A DNA stretch of 64,000 nucleotides from NCBI RefSeq assembly GCF_057098645.1, contig NZ_CM169472.1; one strand, given 5' to 3'. Below, piece after piece: positions 39,336 through 49,390 of this stretch. The number at the start of each line of letters is the position of its first letter. Positions within the stretch are counted from its first letter, which is position 1. The translations under genes and the position numbers were made by a program. The notes under the pieces were generated by a model. The model had not been told where the DNA came from and did no database searches. It saw only the letters and a program-made list of their open reading frames with translations.

Positions 39336-41444
39336 TTGTATCTGTTTGAAAGCCTGAATCAACTGATTCAAACCTACCTGCCGGAAGACCAAATCAAGCG
39401 TCTGCGGCAGGCGTATCTCGTTGCACGTGATGCTCACGAGGGGCAAACACGTTCAAGCGGTGAACCCTATATCACGCACCCGGTAGCGGTTGCCTGCATT
39501 CTGGCCGAGATGAAACTCGACTATGAAACGCTGATGGCGGCGCTGCTGCATGACGTGATTGAAGATACTCCCGCCACCTACCAGGATATGGAACAGCTTT
39601 TTGGTAAAAGCGTCGCCGAGCTGGTAGAGGGGGTGTCGAAACTTGATAAACTCAAGTTCCGCGATAAGAAAGAGGCGCAGGCCGAAAACTTTCGCAAGAT
39701 GATTATGGCGATGGTGCAGGATATCCGCGTCATCCTCATCAAACTTGCCGACCGTACCCACAACATGCGCACGCTGGGCTCACTTCGCCCGGACAAACGT
39801 CGCCGCATCGCCCGTGAAACTCTCGAAATTTACAGCCCGCTGGCGCACCGTTTAGGTATCCACCACATTAAAACCGAACTCGAAGAGCTGGGTTTTGAGG
39901 CGCTGTATCCCAACCGTTATCGCGTAATCAAAGAAGTGGTGAAAGCCGCGCGCGGCAACCGTAAAGAGATGATCCAGAAGATTCTTTCTGAAATCGAAGG
40001 GCGTTTGCAGGAAGCGGGAATTCCGTGCCGCGTCAGTGGTCGCGAGAAGCATCTTTATTCGATTTACTGCAAAATGGTGCTCAAAGAGCAGCGTTTTCAC
40101 TCAATCATGGACATCTACGCTTTCCGCGTGATCGTCAATGATTCCGACACCTGTTATCGCGTGCTCGGGCAAATGCATAGCCTGTACAAGCCGCGTCCGG
40201 GTCGCGTGAAAGACTACATCGCCATTCCAAAAGCGAACGGCTATCAGTCGTTGCACACCTCGATGATTGGCCCGCACGGCGTGCCGGTTGAGGTCCAAAT
40301 CCGTACCGAAGATATGGATCAGATGGCGGAGATGGGTGTTGCCGCGCACTGGGCTTATAAAGAGCACGGCGAAACCAGCACGACTGCACAAATCCGCGCC
40401 CAGCGCTGGATGCAAAGCCTGCTGGAGCTGCAACAAAGCGCCGGTAGCTCGTTTGAATTTATCGAGAGCGTTAAATCCGATCTCTTCCCGGATGAGATTT
40501 ACGTTTTCACACCGGAAGGGCGCATTGTCGAACTGCCTGCCGGTGCAACGCCTGTCGACTTCGCTTATGCAGTGCATACCGATATCGGTCATGCCTGCGT
40601 GGGCGCACGCGTCGACCGTCAGCCTTACCCGCTGTCGCAGCCGCTTACTAGCGGTCAGACCGTTGAAATCATTACCGCTCCGGGCGCTCGCCCGAATGCC
40701 GCTTGGCTGAACTTTGTCGTTAGCTCGAAAGCGCGCGCCAAAATTCGTCAGTTGCTGAAAAACCTCAAGCGTGATGATTCTGTAAGCCTGGGCCGTCGTC
40801 TGCTCAACCATGCTTTGGGTGGTAGCCGTAAGCTGAATGAAATCCCGCAGGAAAATATTCAGCGCGAGCTGGATCGCATGAAGCTGGCAACGCTTGACGA
40901 TCTGCTGGCAGAAATTGGTCTTGGCAACGCGATGAGCGTGGTGGTCGCGAAGAATCTCCAGCAGGGAGACGGTTCCATTCCACCGGCGACTCAAAGCCAC
41001 GGGCATCTGCCGATCAAAGGCGCTGATGGCGTGCTGATCACCTTTGCGAAATGCTGCCGCCCCATTCCTGGCGACCCGATTATCGCCCATGTCAGCCCCG
41101 GTAAAGGTCTGGTGATCCACCATGAATCCTGCCGTAACATCCGTGGCTACCAGAAAGAGCCAGAGAAGTTTATGGCTGTGGAATGGGATAAAGAGACGGC
41201 GCAGGAGTTCATCACCGAAATCAAGGTGGAGATGTTCAATCATCAGGGCGCGCTGGCAAACCTGACGGCGGCAATTAACACCACGACTTCGAATATTCAA
41301 AGTTTGAATACGGAAGAGAAAGATGGTCGCGTCTACAGCGCCTTTATTCGTCTGACCGCTCGTGACCGTGTGCATCTGGCGAATATCATGCGCAAAATCC
41401 GCGTGATGCCAGACGTGATTAAAGTCACCCGAAACCGAAATTAA
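39336..41444 (+). CDS. spoT: Bifunctional (p)ppGpp synthetase II / ppGpp pyrophosphohydrolase
   Basis: 702-aa ORF; the start codon read at 39336 is TTG; HD domain motif HDVIEDT present. Confidence 0.95.
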   Translation: MYLFESLNQLIQTYLPEDQIKRLRQAYLVARDAHEGQTRSSGEPYITHPVAVACILAEMKLDYETLMAALLHDVIEDTPATYQDMEQLFGKSVAELVEGVSKLDKLKFRDKKEAQAENFRKMIMAMVQDIRVILIKLADRTHNMRTLGSLRPDKRRRIARETLEIYSPLAHRLGIHHIKTELEELGFEALYPNRYRVIKEVVKAARGNRKEMIQKILSEIEGRLQEAGIPCRVSGREKHLYSIYCKMVLKEQRFHSIMDIYAFRVIVNDSDTCYRVLGQMHSLYKPRPGRVKDYIAIPKANGYQSLHTSMIGPHGVPVEVQIRTEDMDQMAEMGVAAHWAYKEHGETSTTAQIRAQRWMQSLLELQQSAGSSFEFIESVKSDLFPDEIYVFTPEGRIVELPAGATPVDFAYAVHTDIGHACVGARVDRQPYPLSQPLTSGQTVEIITAPGARPNAAWLNFVVSSKARAKIRQLLKNLKRDDSVSLGRRLLNHALGGSRKLNEIPQENIQRELDRMKLATLDDLLAEIGLGNAMSVVVAKNLQQGDGSIPPATQSHGHLPIKGADGVLITFAKCCRPIPGDPIIAHVSPGKGLVIHHESCRNIRGYQKEPEKFMAVEWDKETAQEFITEIKVEMFNHQGALANLTAAINTTTSNIQSLNTEEKDGRVYSAFIRLTARDRVHLANIMRKIRVMPDVIKVTRNRN

Positions 41445-41450
41445 TGTTTT

Positions 41451-42140
41451 ATGAACCCAACACGTTATGCACGCATCTGCGAAATGCTCGCCAGGCGGCA
41501 GCCTGATCTGACCGTCTGCATGGAGCAGGTCCACAAACCTCATAACGTTTCTGCGATTATTCGTACCGCAGATGCCGTTGGCGTACATGAAGTTCACGCC
41601 GTCTGGCCTGATAGCCGCATGCGTACCATGGCCTCTGCGGCGGCGGGTAGCAACAGTTGGGTGCAGGTGAAAACGCACCGCACCATTGGCGATGCCGTCA
41701 CTCATCTCAAAGGCCAGGGCATGCAGATTCTGGCAACCCATCTTTCTGATAACGCTGTCGATTTCCGCGAAATTGATTACACTCGCCCGACCTGCATTTT
41801 GATGGGACAGGAGAAAACGGGCATCACGCAGGAAGCATTGGCCCTGGCGGATCAGGACATCATCATTCCGATGATCGGCATGGTGCAGTCGCTGAATGTT
41901 TCCGTTGCCTCAGCCCTCATTCTTTACGAAGCCCAGCGTCAGCGGCAAAATGCAGGCATGTACCTGCGTGAAAACAGCATGTTGCCGGAAGCAGAGCAAC
42001 AACGCCTGTTGTTTGAAGGCGGCTATCCGGTGCTGGCGAAAGTCGCAAAACGCAAAGGCCTGCCTTATCCCCACGTCAATCAGCAAGGCGAGATCGAAGC
42101 TGATGCCGACTGGTGGGCTACTATGCAGGCTGCAGGGTAA
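41451..42140 (+). CDS. trmH: tRNA (Gm18) 2'-O-methyltransferase
   Basis: 229-aa SpoU-family ORF immediately after spoT. Confidence 0.9.
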   Translation: MNPTRYARICEMLARRQPDLTVCMEQVHKPHNVSAIIRTADAVGVHEVHAVWPDSRMRTMASAAAGSNSWVQVKTHRTIGDAVTHLKGQGMQILATHLSDNAVDFREIDYTRPTCILMGQEKTGITQEALALADQDIIIPMIGMVQSLNVSVASALILYEAQRQRQNAGMYLRENSMLPEAEQQRLLFEGGYPVLAKVAKRKGLPYPHVNQQGEIEADADWWATMQAAG

Positions 42141-42145
42141 GTGCC

Positions 42146-44227
42146 ATGACAGGTCGCCTGTTAGATGCTGTCCCACTCAGTTCCCTAACGGGCGTTGGCG
42201 CAGCACTTAGTAACAAACTGGCGAAAATCAACCTGCATACCGTGCAGGATCTACTCTTACACCTTCCCCTGCGCTACGAAGATCGCACCCATCTCTACCC
42301 CATCGGAGAACTACTGCCGGGCGTTTATGCCACGGTGGAAGGCGAAGTGCTGAACTGCAATATCTCCTTCGGCGGTCGGCGGATGATGACCTGCCAGATC
42401 AGCGACGGTTCCGGCATCCTCACCATGCGCTTTTTCAATTTCAGCGCGGCAATGAAAAATAGCCTGGCGACGGGCCGCCGTGTACTGGCTTATGGCGAAG
42501 CAAAGCGCGGTAAATATGGTGCGGAGATGATCCACCCGGAATACCGCGTGCAGGGCGATCTCAGCACGCCAGAATTACAGGAAACGCTCACGCCGGTTTA
42601 TCCAACAACGGAAGGCGTAAAGCAGGCCACGCTGCGTAAATTAACCGACCAGGCGCTGGATCTGCTCGACACCTGCGCCATTGAAGAACTCCTGCCGCCG
42701 GAACTGTCACAAGGAATGATGACGCTACCGGAAGCGTTGCGCACTTTGCACCGCCCGCCACCGACGCTACAGCTTAGCGATCTGGAAACCGGGCAGCATC
42801 CGGCGCAACGTCGTCTGATTCTGGAAGAACTGCTGGCGCACAACCTCAGCATGTTAGCCTTACGTGCCGGAGCACAGCGTTTTCATGCCCAGCCGCTGAG
42901 CGCCAATGATGCGCTGAAAAATAAACTCCTCGCAGCCTTACCGTTCAAGCCAACGGGCGCACAGGCACGCGTAGTGGCGGAGATCGAGCGCGATATGGCG
43001 CTGGATGTGCCGATGATGCGCCTGGTACAGGGCGATGTAGGTTCCGGTAAAACGCTGGTCGCCGCCCTCGCCGCGCTGCGTGCGATTGCCCACGGCAAAC
43101 AGGTGGCATTGATGGCACCAACCGAATTACTCGCCGAACAGCACGCCAATAACTTCCGCAACTGGTTTGAACCGCTCGGTATCGAAGTGGGCTGGCTCGC
43201 CGGTAAGCAGAAAGGCAAAGCGCGACTGTCTCAGCAGGAAGCCATCGCCAGCGGTCAGGTGCAGATGATTGTTGGTACGCACGCCATCTTCCAGGAACAG
43301 GTGCAGTTTAACGGTCTGGCGCTGGTGATTATCGACGAACAACATCGCTTTGGCGTGCATCAGCGTCTGGCGTTATGGGAGAAAGGCCAGCAGCAAGGCT
43401 TCCATCCGCATCAGTTGATCATGACCGCCACGCCGATCCCCCGCACGCTGGCAATGACGGCGTATGCCGATCTCGATACCTCGGTGATAGATGAGCTGCC
43501 GCCAGGCCGCACGCCAGTGACTACGGTCGCTATTCCTGATACCCGCCGTACCGACATCATTGACCGCGTGCGCCACGCCTGCATAACTGAAGGTCGTCAG
43601 GCGTACTGGGTTTGTACGTTGATTGAAGAGTCAGAGTTACTGGAAGCGCAGGCGGCGGAAGCTACCTGGGAAGAGTTGAAACTGGCGCTACCAGAATTGA
43701 ATGTTGGCCTGGTACACGGGCGGATGAAACCAGCCGAGAAACAGGCGGTGATGGCGTCGTTTAAACAAGGTGAGCTACATCTGCTGGTTGCCACTACCGT
43801 TATTGAAGTCGGTGTTGATGTGCCTAACGCCAGCCTGATGATTATCGAAAACCCTGAGCGTCTGGGTCTGGCGCAGTTACACCAGCTTCGCGGGCGTGTA
43901 GGTCGTGGTGCGGTGGCTTCTCACTGCGTGCTGCTCTACAAAACGCCGCTCTCCAAAACCGCGCAAATTCGGCTGCAAGTGCTGCGCGACAGCAACGACG
44001 GTTTTGTGATTGCACAGAAAGACTTAGAGATTCGCGGACCGGGTGAACTGTTAGGTACGCGTCAGACGGGTAATGCTGAGTTTAAAGTGGCGGATTTACT
44101 GCGCGATCAGGCGATGATCCCGGAAGTTCAGCGCCTGGCGCGACATATTCACGAACGTTACCCACCACAAGCAAAAGCCCTGATAGAACGCTGGATGCCG
44201 GAGACGGAACGTTACTCCAACGCATGA
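42146..44227 (+). CDS. recG: ATP-dependent DNA helicase RecG
   Basis: ORF 42113..44227 (GTG in track); start set at ATG encoding MTGRLLDAVPLSSLTGVG (693 aa); Walker A GDVGSGKT, DEQH box. Confidence 0.95.
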   Translation: MTGRLLDAVPLSSLTGVGAALSNKLAKINLHTVQDLLLHLPLRYEDRTHLYPIGELLPGVYATVEGEVLNCNISFGGRRMMTCQISDGSGILTMRFFNFSAAMKNSLATGRRVLAYGEAKRGKYGAEMIHPEYRVQGDLSTPELQETLTPVYPTTEGVKQATLRKLTDQALDLLDTCAIEELLPPELSQGMMTLPEALRTLHRPPPTLQLSDLETGQHPAQRRLILEELLAHNLSMLALRAGAQRFHAQPLSANDALKNKLLAALPFKPTGAQARVVAEIERDMALDVPMMRLVQGDVGSGKTLVAALAALRAIAHGKQVALMAPTELLAEQHANNFRNWFEPLGIEVGWLAGKQKGKARLSQQEAIASGQVQMIVGTHAIFQEQVQFNGLALVIIDEQHRFGVHQRLALWEKGQQQGFHPHQLIMTATPIPRTLAMTAYADLDTSVIDELPPGRTPVTTVAIPDTRRTDIIDRVRHACITEGRQAYWVCTLIEESELLEAQAAEATWEELKLALPELNVGLVHGRMKPAEKQAVMASFKQGELHLLVATTVIEVGVDVPNASLMIIENPERLGLAQLHQLRGRVGRGAVASHCVLLYKTPLSKTAQIRLQVLRDSNDGFVIAQKDLEIRGPGELLGTRQTGNAEFKVADLLRDQAMIPEVQRLARHIHERYPPQAKALIERWMPETERYSNA

Positions 44228-44411
44228 CCAGACTCATCACAAGACAAGTCACGCAGTAAATCTTCAATCTGGATAGTGAGGATATCCATTGCCTCATACG
44301 CATCCTGTGCAATTCGCGCCGCCATTGCGCCTTCCGGTTCACCACGCAGAATTTCAGCCGCTGCCTGTATGAACCGCCCCGGTTTTCCTGGAGAGTGTTT
44401 TATCTGTGAAC

Positions 44412-45299
44412 TCAGGCTGCCAGATCATCGTTTCTGATGGAAGCATAATAAGCTTTTTCTGCTTCTGCCGGAGGGATATGACCCAGCCTTCCCAGCAATC
44501 GTCGATTGTTATACCAGTCCACCCACGTGAGTGTGGCCAGTTCCACTTCTGCACGGTTTTTCCAGCTCTTACGGTGTATTACCTCCGCTTTGTAAAGACC
44601 ATTGATGCTCTCCGCCATCGCGTTGTCATACGAGTCACCTGTACTCCCTGTTGATGCCAGCAGTTTTGCTTCTTTTAGTCGCTCCGTATAGGCCAGTGAT
44701 ACATACTGAGAACCTTTATCACTGTGATGGACTGTGCCGGACGGCCGACGGGCCCACAACGCCTGCTCCAGTGCATCCAGCACGAATGTCGTTTCCATAG
44801 ACGATGAGACTCGCCACCCCACGATACATCCGGCAAACACATCAATGATGAACGCCACATAGACGAAGCCCTGCCATGTGCTGACGTAAGTAAAATCAGC
44901 CACCCACAGCTGGTCAGGACGTTCTGCCACGAACTGACGGTTTACGCGGTCGCCTGCGGAAACGGCTTTCCGGCTGACGGTAGTACGGACCTTTTTACCC
45001 CGGAGAACACCGGCAAGTCCCATAACCGCCATGAGACGTGCCACAGTGCATCTGGCCACTCTGATACCTTCCCGTAACAACTGACGCCAGACTTTACGCA
45101 CACCGTATACCTTGTGATTTTCATCGTATACGCGCTGTATCTCTCTCTTCAGCCAGTCATCGCGCTGAGCACGGGCACTGCGTTTATCAGGATGATGTCG
45201 CTGTTGCTGACAGTGGTAATACGTTGACGGGGCAATATGCAGTTCACTGCATACCGGTCCGACCCCGTACTGCTCACGCAGCTTATCCAGCAGCGGCAT
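44412..45299 (-). CDS. IS3-family transposase OrfB (DDE integrase core), normally expressed as an OrfAB fusion by -1 frameshift
   Basis: 295-aa ORF with DDE-domain sequence (…HHSDKGSQYVS…DNAMAESINGLYKAE…). Confidence 0.9.
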   Translation of the reverse strand: MPLLDKLREQYGVGPVCSELHIAPSTYYHCQQQRHHPDKRSARAQRDDWLKREIQRVYDENHKVYGVRKVWRQLLREGIRVARCTVARLMAVMGLAGVLRGKKVRTTVSRKAVSAGDRVNRQFVAERPDQLWVADFTYVSTWQGFVYVAFIIDVFAGCIVGWRVSSSMETTFVLDALEQALWARRPSGTVHHSDKGSQYVSLAYTERLKEAKLLASTGSTGDSYDNAMAESINGLYKAEVIHRKSWKNRAEVELATLTWVDWYNNRRLLGRLGHIPPAEAEKAYYASIRNDDLAA

Positions 45300-45625
45300 T
45301 ATTTTTTCCAGAGGCGGTCGAACTCCGCCTTCGCAAAATAAGCGGAAGCCTGGCGAAGGATATCGTTACTGCGGCGCAGTTCACGATTTTCACGTTCCAG
45401 CTCTTTCAGACGCTGACGTTCAGCGGTGGTGAGTCCACCATCACCACTCCCGGTATCCCGCTCATGCTGACGAACCCACACACGCAGAGTCTCTGGTGTA
45501 CAGCCAATCTTTGGGGCAATGGAACAAATTGCCGCCCATTGTGAGTCATATTCGCCCTGACTTTCCAGAACCATACGAACTGCCCGTTGACGGACCTCGG
45601 GGGAAAAACGTGTATTTTTAGTCAT
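45299..45625 (-). CDS. IS3-family transposase OrfA (HTH protein)
   Basis: 108-aa [36 protein letters not shown]...[36 protein letters not shown], recognised as IS629-type. Confidence 0.9.
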   Translation of the reverse strand: MTKNTRFSPEVRQRAVRMVLESQGEYDSQWAAICSIAPKIGCTPETLRVWVRQHERDTGSGDGGLTTAERQRLKELERENRELRRSNDILRQASAYFAKAEFDRLWKK

Positions 45626-46393
45626 CCTGTTTACCTCTTTCTCAGGGAGTTTAGTCTCCAGGATTCCCGGGGCGGTTCAGTACGCCAGCCACAATCATTT
45701 CAGGTGTTAACATTTGGCGAAGAAAAGCGCGATTATCAGAGGACCAGCCATCTTTATGGCCTAATGGATGCCCCCAGCCTATCCATTCTTGCGACCATAA
45801 CGGATTGGCTTCTATGGGATAAATTAGATGCGCGGCATACTGAATAGCACACACCGCTTTTCCTGGCGTATCCAGCGCCCACCAGCGCGACCAGAGAGAA
45901 CGAATTAACGGCGCGGCCCCACCCAGAGTATTGAACACCGCCAGCCAGCAAAGAACGTTATTGAAACCACGCTCGTTATCCATACGCTGCAACGCGGTGT
46001 CCAGTAAAAATTGCCGTACCTGCTGGCGTTGGGAAGCATTCATCATCTCCTGCCAGAGATAGGGCCGACACAATGCCTTCATTAAGGATTCTTCGAAGTG
46101 ATCACCATAACCGCCAGCTAAAACGGTTTCATGCCATTGCGCCAGGCAGAGCGGAAACAGATAGCGAAACAACTCTATTTGCATCGGTTCGTTATAAACG
46201 AGATTGAGTACATAGTAAGCACTCAAATCCCATTCGCTGATCTGCTGCCACTCTTTAGCCGCCAGCGCCTTGAGTTCGGCATCTGCGTAATCAAATTCCG
46301 TTTCCCATACACAGAGCACTGGCGGCTCATCACCAAAAATATGGCGACAGTGTTCACGTAGCGTTTCCGGTTCCTTCCGACGCTTTTTCATTT

Positions 46394-47599
46394 TTAACCG
46401 GCAAAAATCGGCAACATTAAATACAGCTTAATCACCAGCGCATTGACGATATCGATAAAGAACGCACCGACCATCGGCACCACCAAAAACGCCATGTGCG
46501 ACGGGCCAAAGCGTTCAGTGATCGCCTGCATGTTGGCGATTGCCGTTGGCGTTGCACCGAGGCCAAAACCACAGTGACCCGCAGCCAGCACTGCCGCATC
46601 GTAGTTTTTGCCCATCATGCGCCAGGTAACGAAGATGGCATACAACGCCATGAAGATGGTCTGTACCACCAGAATCGCCAGCATCGGCAGCGCCAGCGAA
46701 GCCAGCTCCCACAGTTTCAGCCCCATCAGCGCCATCGCCAGGAACAACGACAGGCTTACGTTACCCAGCACGGATACCGCACGCTCAAAGACGCGGTAAA
46801 AGCCCATCATTGACAGACCGTTGCTCAGAATCACGCCAACAAACAGTACACAGACGAAGGTCGGCAGTTCAAAAGCAGTGCCAGCCAAAAGTTGCGCAAC
46901 AATTTTCCCCACCGTCAGGCAGATAGCAATCAGCGCGATAGTTTCAATCAGCACCAGCGAGGTGATCATGCGACCCACATCCGGCTTTTCAAACGCCGTC
47001 GGGACTTCCTGGTCATCCGGAATACCGTTCGGCGTGGTGGAGTGTTTCACCAGATAGCGCGCCACCGGACCGCCAATCAAGCCGCCCAGCACCAGACCGA
47101 ACGTTGCACAGGCCATCGCCACTTCCGTCGCATTGGTGAAGCCATAACGTTCAATGAACAATTTACTCCACGCAGCGCCCGTACCGTGACCGCCGGAAAG
47201 CGTAATAGAACCGGCCAACAGCCCCATCAGCGGATCAAGCCCTAACAGGCTAGCCATACCAATGCCAATGGCATTTTGCATCACCAACAGACCAACAACC
47301 ACAATCAAGAAGATGCCAACCACACGCCCACCGGCACGCAAACTGGCAATGTTGGCGTTCAGGCCAATGGTGGCGAAGAAAGCCAGCATTAACGGATCGC
47401 GCAGGGACATATCAAAGTTGACTTCCCAGCCCATGCTTTTTTTCAGTACTAGTAGCGCCAGCGCCACCAACAAACCACCCGCAACAGGTTCCGGTATGGT
47501 GTATTTCTTCAAAAAGGAGACGGAATGGACCAACTTACGCCCGAGCAGCAACGTCAGCGTTGCGGCAACAAGCGTTGCTAAAGTATCGAGATGAAACAT
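46394..47599 (-). CDS. gltS: Sodium/glutamate symporter
   Basis: 401-aa polytopic membrane ORF MFHLDTLATLVAATLTLLLGRKLV... Confidence 0.9.
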   Translation of the reverse strand: MFHLDTLATLVAATLTLLLGRKLVHSVSFLKKYTIPEPVAGGLLVALALLVLKKSMGWEVNFDMSLRDPLMLAFFATIGLNANIASLRAGGRVVGIFLIVVVGLLVMQNAIGIGMASLLGLDPLMGLLAGSITLSGGHGTGAAWSKLFIERYGFTNATEVAMACATFGLVLGGLIGGPVARYLVKHSTTPNGIPDDQEVPTAFEKPDVGRMITSLVLIETIALIAICLTVGKIVAQLLAGTAFELPTFVCVLFVGVILSNGLSMMGFYRVFERAVSVLGNVSLSLFLAMALMGLKLWELASLALPMLAILVVQTIFMALYAIFVTWRMMGKNYDAAVLAAGHCGFGLGATPTAIANMQAITERFGPSHMAFLVVPMVGAFFIDIVNALVIKLYLMLPIFAG

Positions 47600-47878
47600 A
47601 GTTACTCCTTTGTATCCGCATCACTCTTTCATACTCGTCATACTTCATCGCGCAGTGGCAACTTCATGAACTATGACGGGTATCGAGTTATGCTTTCCTG
47701 GGTCAAATTCTCAGCTGTTAATGAACAAATGGCATGGATTTTAAGCAGAAAAATACCAAAAGTTATATAAAAAAGTGCATTTATCTCATTTAAATATTTA
47801 GATGAGGATGTGGCAAACGTTTGCTTTTCTCTTTCGGTCAGCTAAAATGCCCGCTTTGCTACCACGGGATTGTTTTCG

Positions 47879-49270
47879 ATGTCTGTTTCCACCCTCGAGT
47901 CAGAAAATGCGCAACCGGTTGCGCAGACTCAAAACAGCGAACTGATTTACCGTCTTGAAGATCGTCCGCCGCTTCCTCAAACCCTGTTTGCCGCCTGTCA
48001 GCATCTGCTGGCGATGTTCGTTGCGGTGATCACGCCAGCGCTATTAATCTGCCAGGCGCTGGGTTTACCGGCACAAGACACGCAACACATTATTAGTATG
48101 TCGCTGTTTGCCTCCGGTGTGGCATCGATTATTCAAATTAAGGCCTGGGGTCCGGTTGGCTCCGGGCTGTTGTCTATTCAGGGCACCAGCTTCAACTTTG
48201 TTGCCCCGCTGATTATGGGCGGTACCGCGCTGAAAACCGGTGGTGCTGATGTTCCTACCATGATGGCGGCTTTGTTCGGCACGTTGATGCTGGCAAGTTG
48301 CACCGAGATGGTGATCTCCCGCGTTCTGCATCTGGCGCGCCGCATTATTACGCCGCTGGTTTCTGGCGTTGTGGTGATGATTATCGGCCTGTCGCTAATT
48401 CAGGTTGGGTTAACGTCCATTGGCGGCGGTTACGCAGCCATGAGCGATAACACCTTCGGCGCACCGAAAAATCTGCTGCTGGCAGGCGTGGTCTTAGCCT
48501 TAATTATCCTGCTTAACCGTCAACGTAACCCTTACTTACGCGTGGCCTCACTGGTGATTGCGATGGCGGCCGGATATGCGCTGGCGTGGTTTATGGGCAT
48601 GTTGCCAGAAAGCAACGAACCGATGACGCAAGAACTGATTATGGTGCCAACGCCGCTCTATTACGGTCTTGGCATTGAATGGAGTCTGCTGCTGCCGCTG
48701 ATGCTGGTCTTTATGATCACTTCGCTGGAAACCATTGGCGATATCACGGCGACCTCTGACGTTTCCGAACAGCCAGTGTCCGGTCCGCTGTACATGAAAC
48801 GCCTGAAAGGCGGCGTGCTGGCAAACGGCCTGAACTCGTTTGTTTCGGCGGTGTTTAACACCTTCCCGAACTCCTGCTTCGGGCAAAACAACGGAGTGAT
48901 CCAGTTGACTGGTGTTGCCAGCCGCTATGTCGGTTTTGTCGTCGCGCTGATGTTGATCGTGCTGGGTCTGTTCCCGGCAGTGAGCGGTTTTGTACAACAC
49001 ATTCCAGAACCGGTTCTGGGCGGCGCAACGCTTGTAATGTTTGGCACCATCGCCGCCTCCGGTGTGCGTATCGTTTCTCGTGAGCCGCTGAACCGTCGGG
49101 CGATTCTGATTATCGCGCTGTCGCTGGCGGTTGGTCTGGGCGTGTCTCAGCAGCCGCTGATTTTGCAGTTTGCCCCTGAATGGCTGAAAAACCTGCTCTC
49201 CTCCGGGATCGCCGCGGGCGGTATTACTGCCATCGTGCTGAATCTGATTTTCCCACCAGAAAAACAGTAA
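47879..49270 (+). CDS. xanP: Xanthine permease (NCS2 family)
   Basis: ORF 47870..49270; start at [12 protein letters not shown]... (463 aa). Confidence 0.9.
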
Positions 49271-49276
49271 TTCACT

Positions 49277-49303
49277 GGCGGCGGTAAGATAATTACCGCC
49301 GCA
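49277..49303 (+). terminator. Putative hairpin downstream of xanP
   Basis: ggcggcggtaa-gata-attaccgccgc inverted repeat just after the xanP stop; no strong T-run. Confidence 0.4.
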
Positions 49304-49390
49304 GTCTCACCTCTTTCACCATTCCCGCCTTGAGGATTGCGCGTAAATCGTGCATAACTCCCTTATGTGCATTTCACGGGATGGAAGACC

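Larger units (their letters stand above)
44370..45679 (-). mobile_element. IS3-family insertion sequence, IS629-like (1310 bp), flanked by a 3-bp direct repeat GTA
   Basis: Terminal inverted repeats begin TGAACCGCCCCGG at both ends (44370 forward; 45679 reverse complement); GTA at 44367-44369 and 45680-45682; encodes overlapping orfA/orfB. Confidence 0.85.
44212..46391 (-). pseudogene. Hypothetical protein gene (no counterpart at this position in E. coli K-12 as I recall) interrupted by the IS629-like element
   Basis: ORF 45651..46391 (MKKRRKEPETLREHCRHIFG...) runs into the IS end; removing the IS and one copy of the GTA duplication restores the frame into 44369..44212 (…IVAGVQAAAEILRGEPEGAMAARIAQDAYEAMDIL…GHALE-stop), overlapping the recG 3' end. 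Confidence 0.6.

Noticed and set aside
40101-41741. 546-aa minus-strand ORF within spoT and trmH
   Set aside because: Antisense shadow frame of spoT; spans two conserved genes on the other strand.
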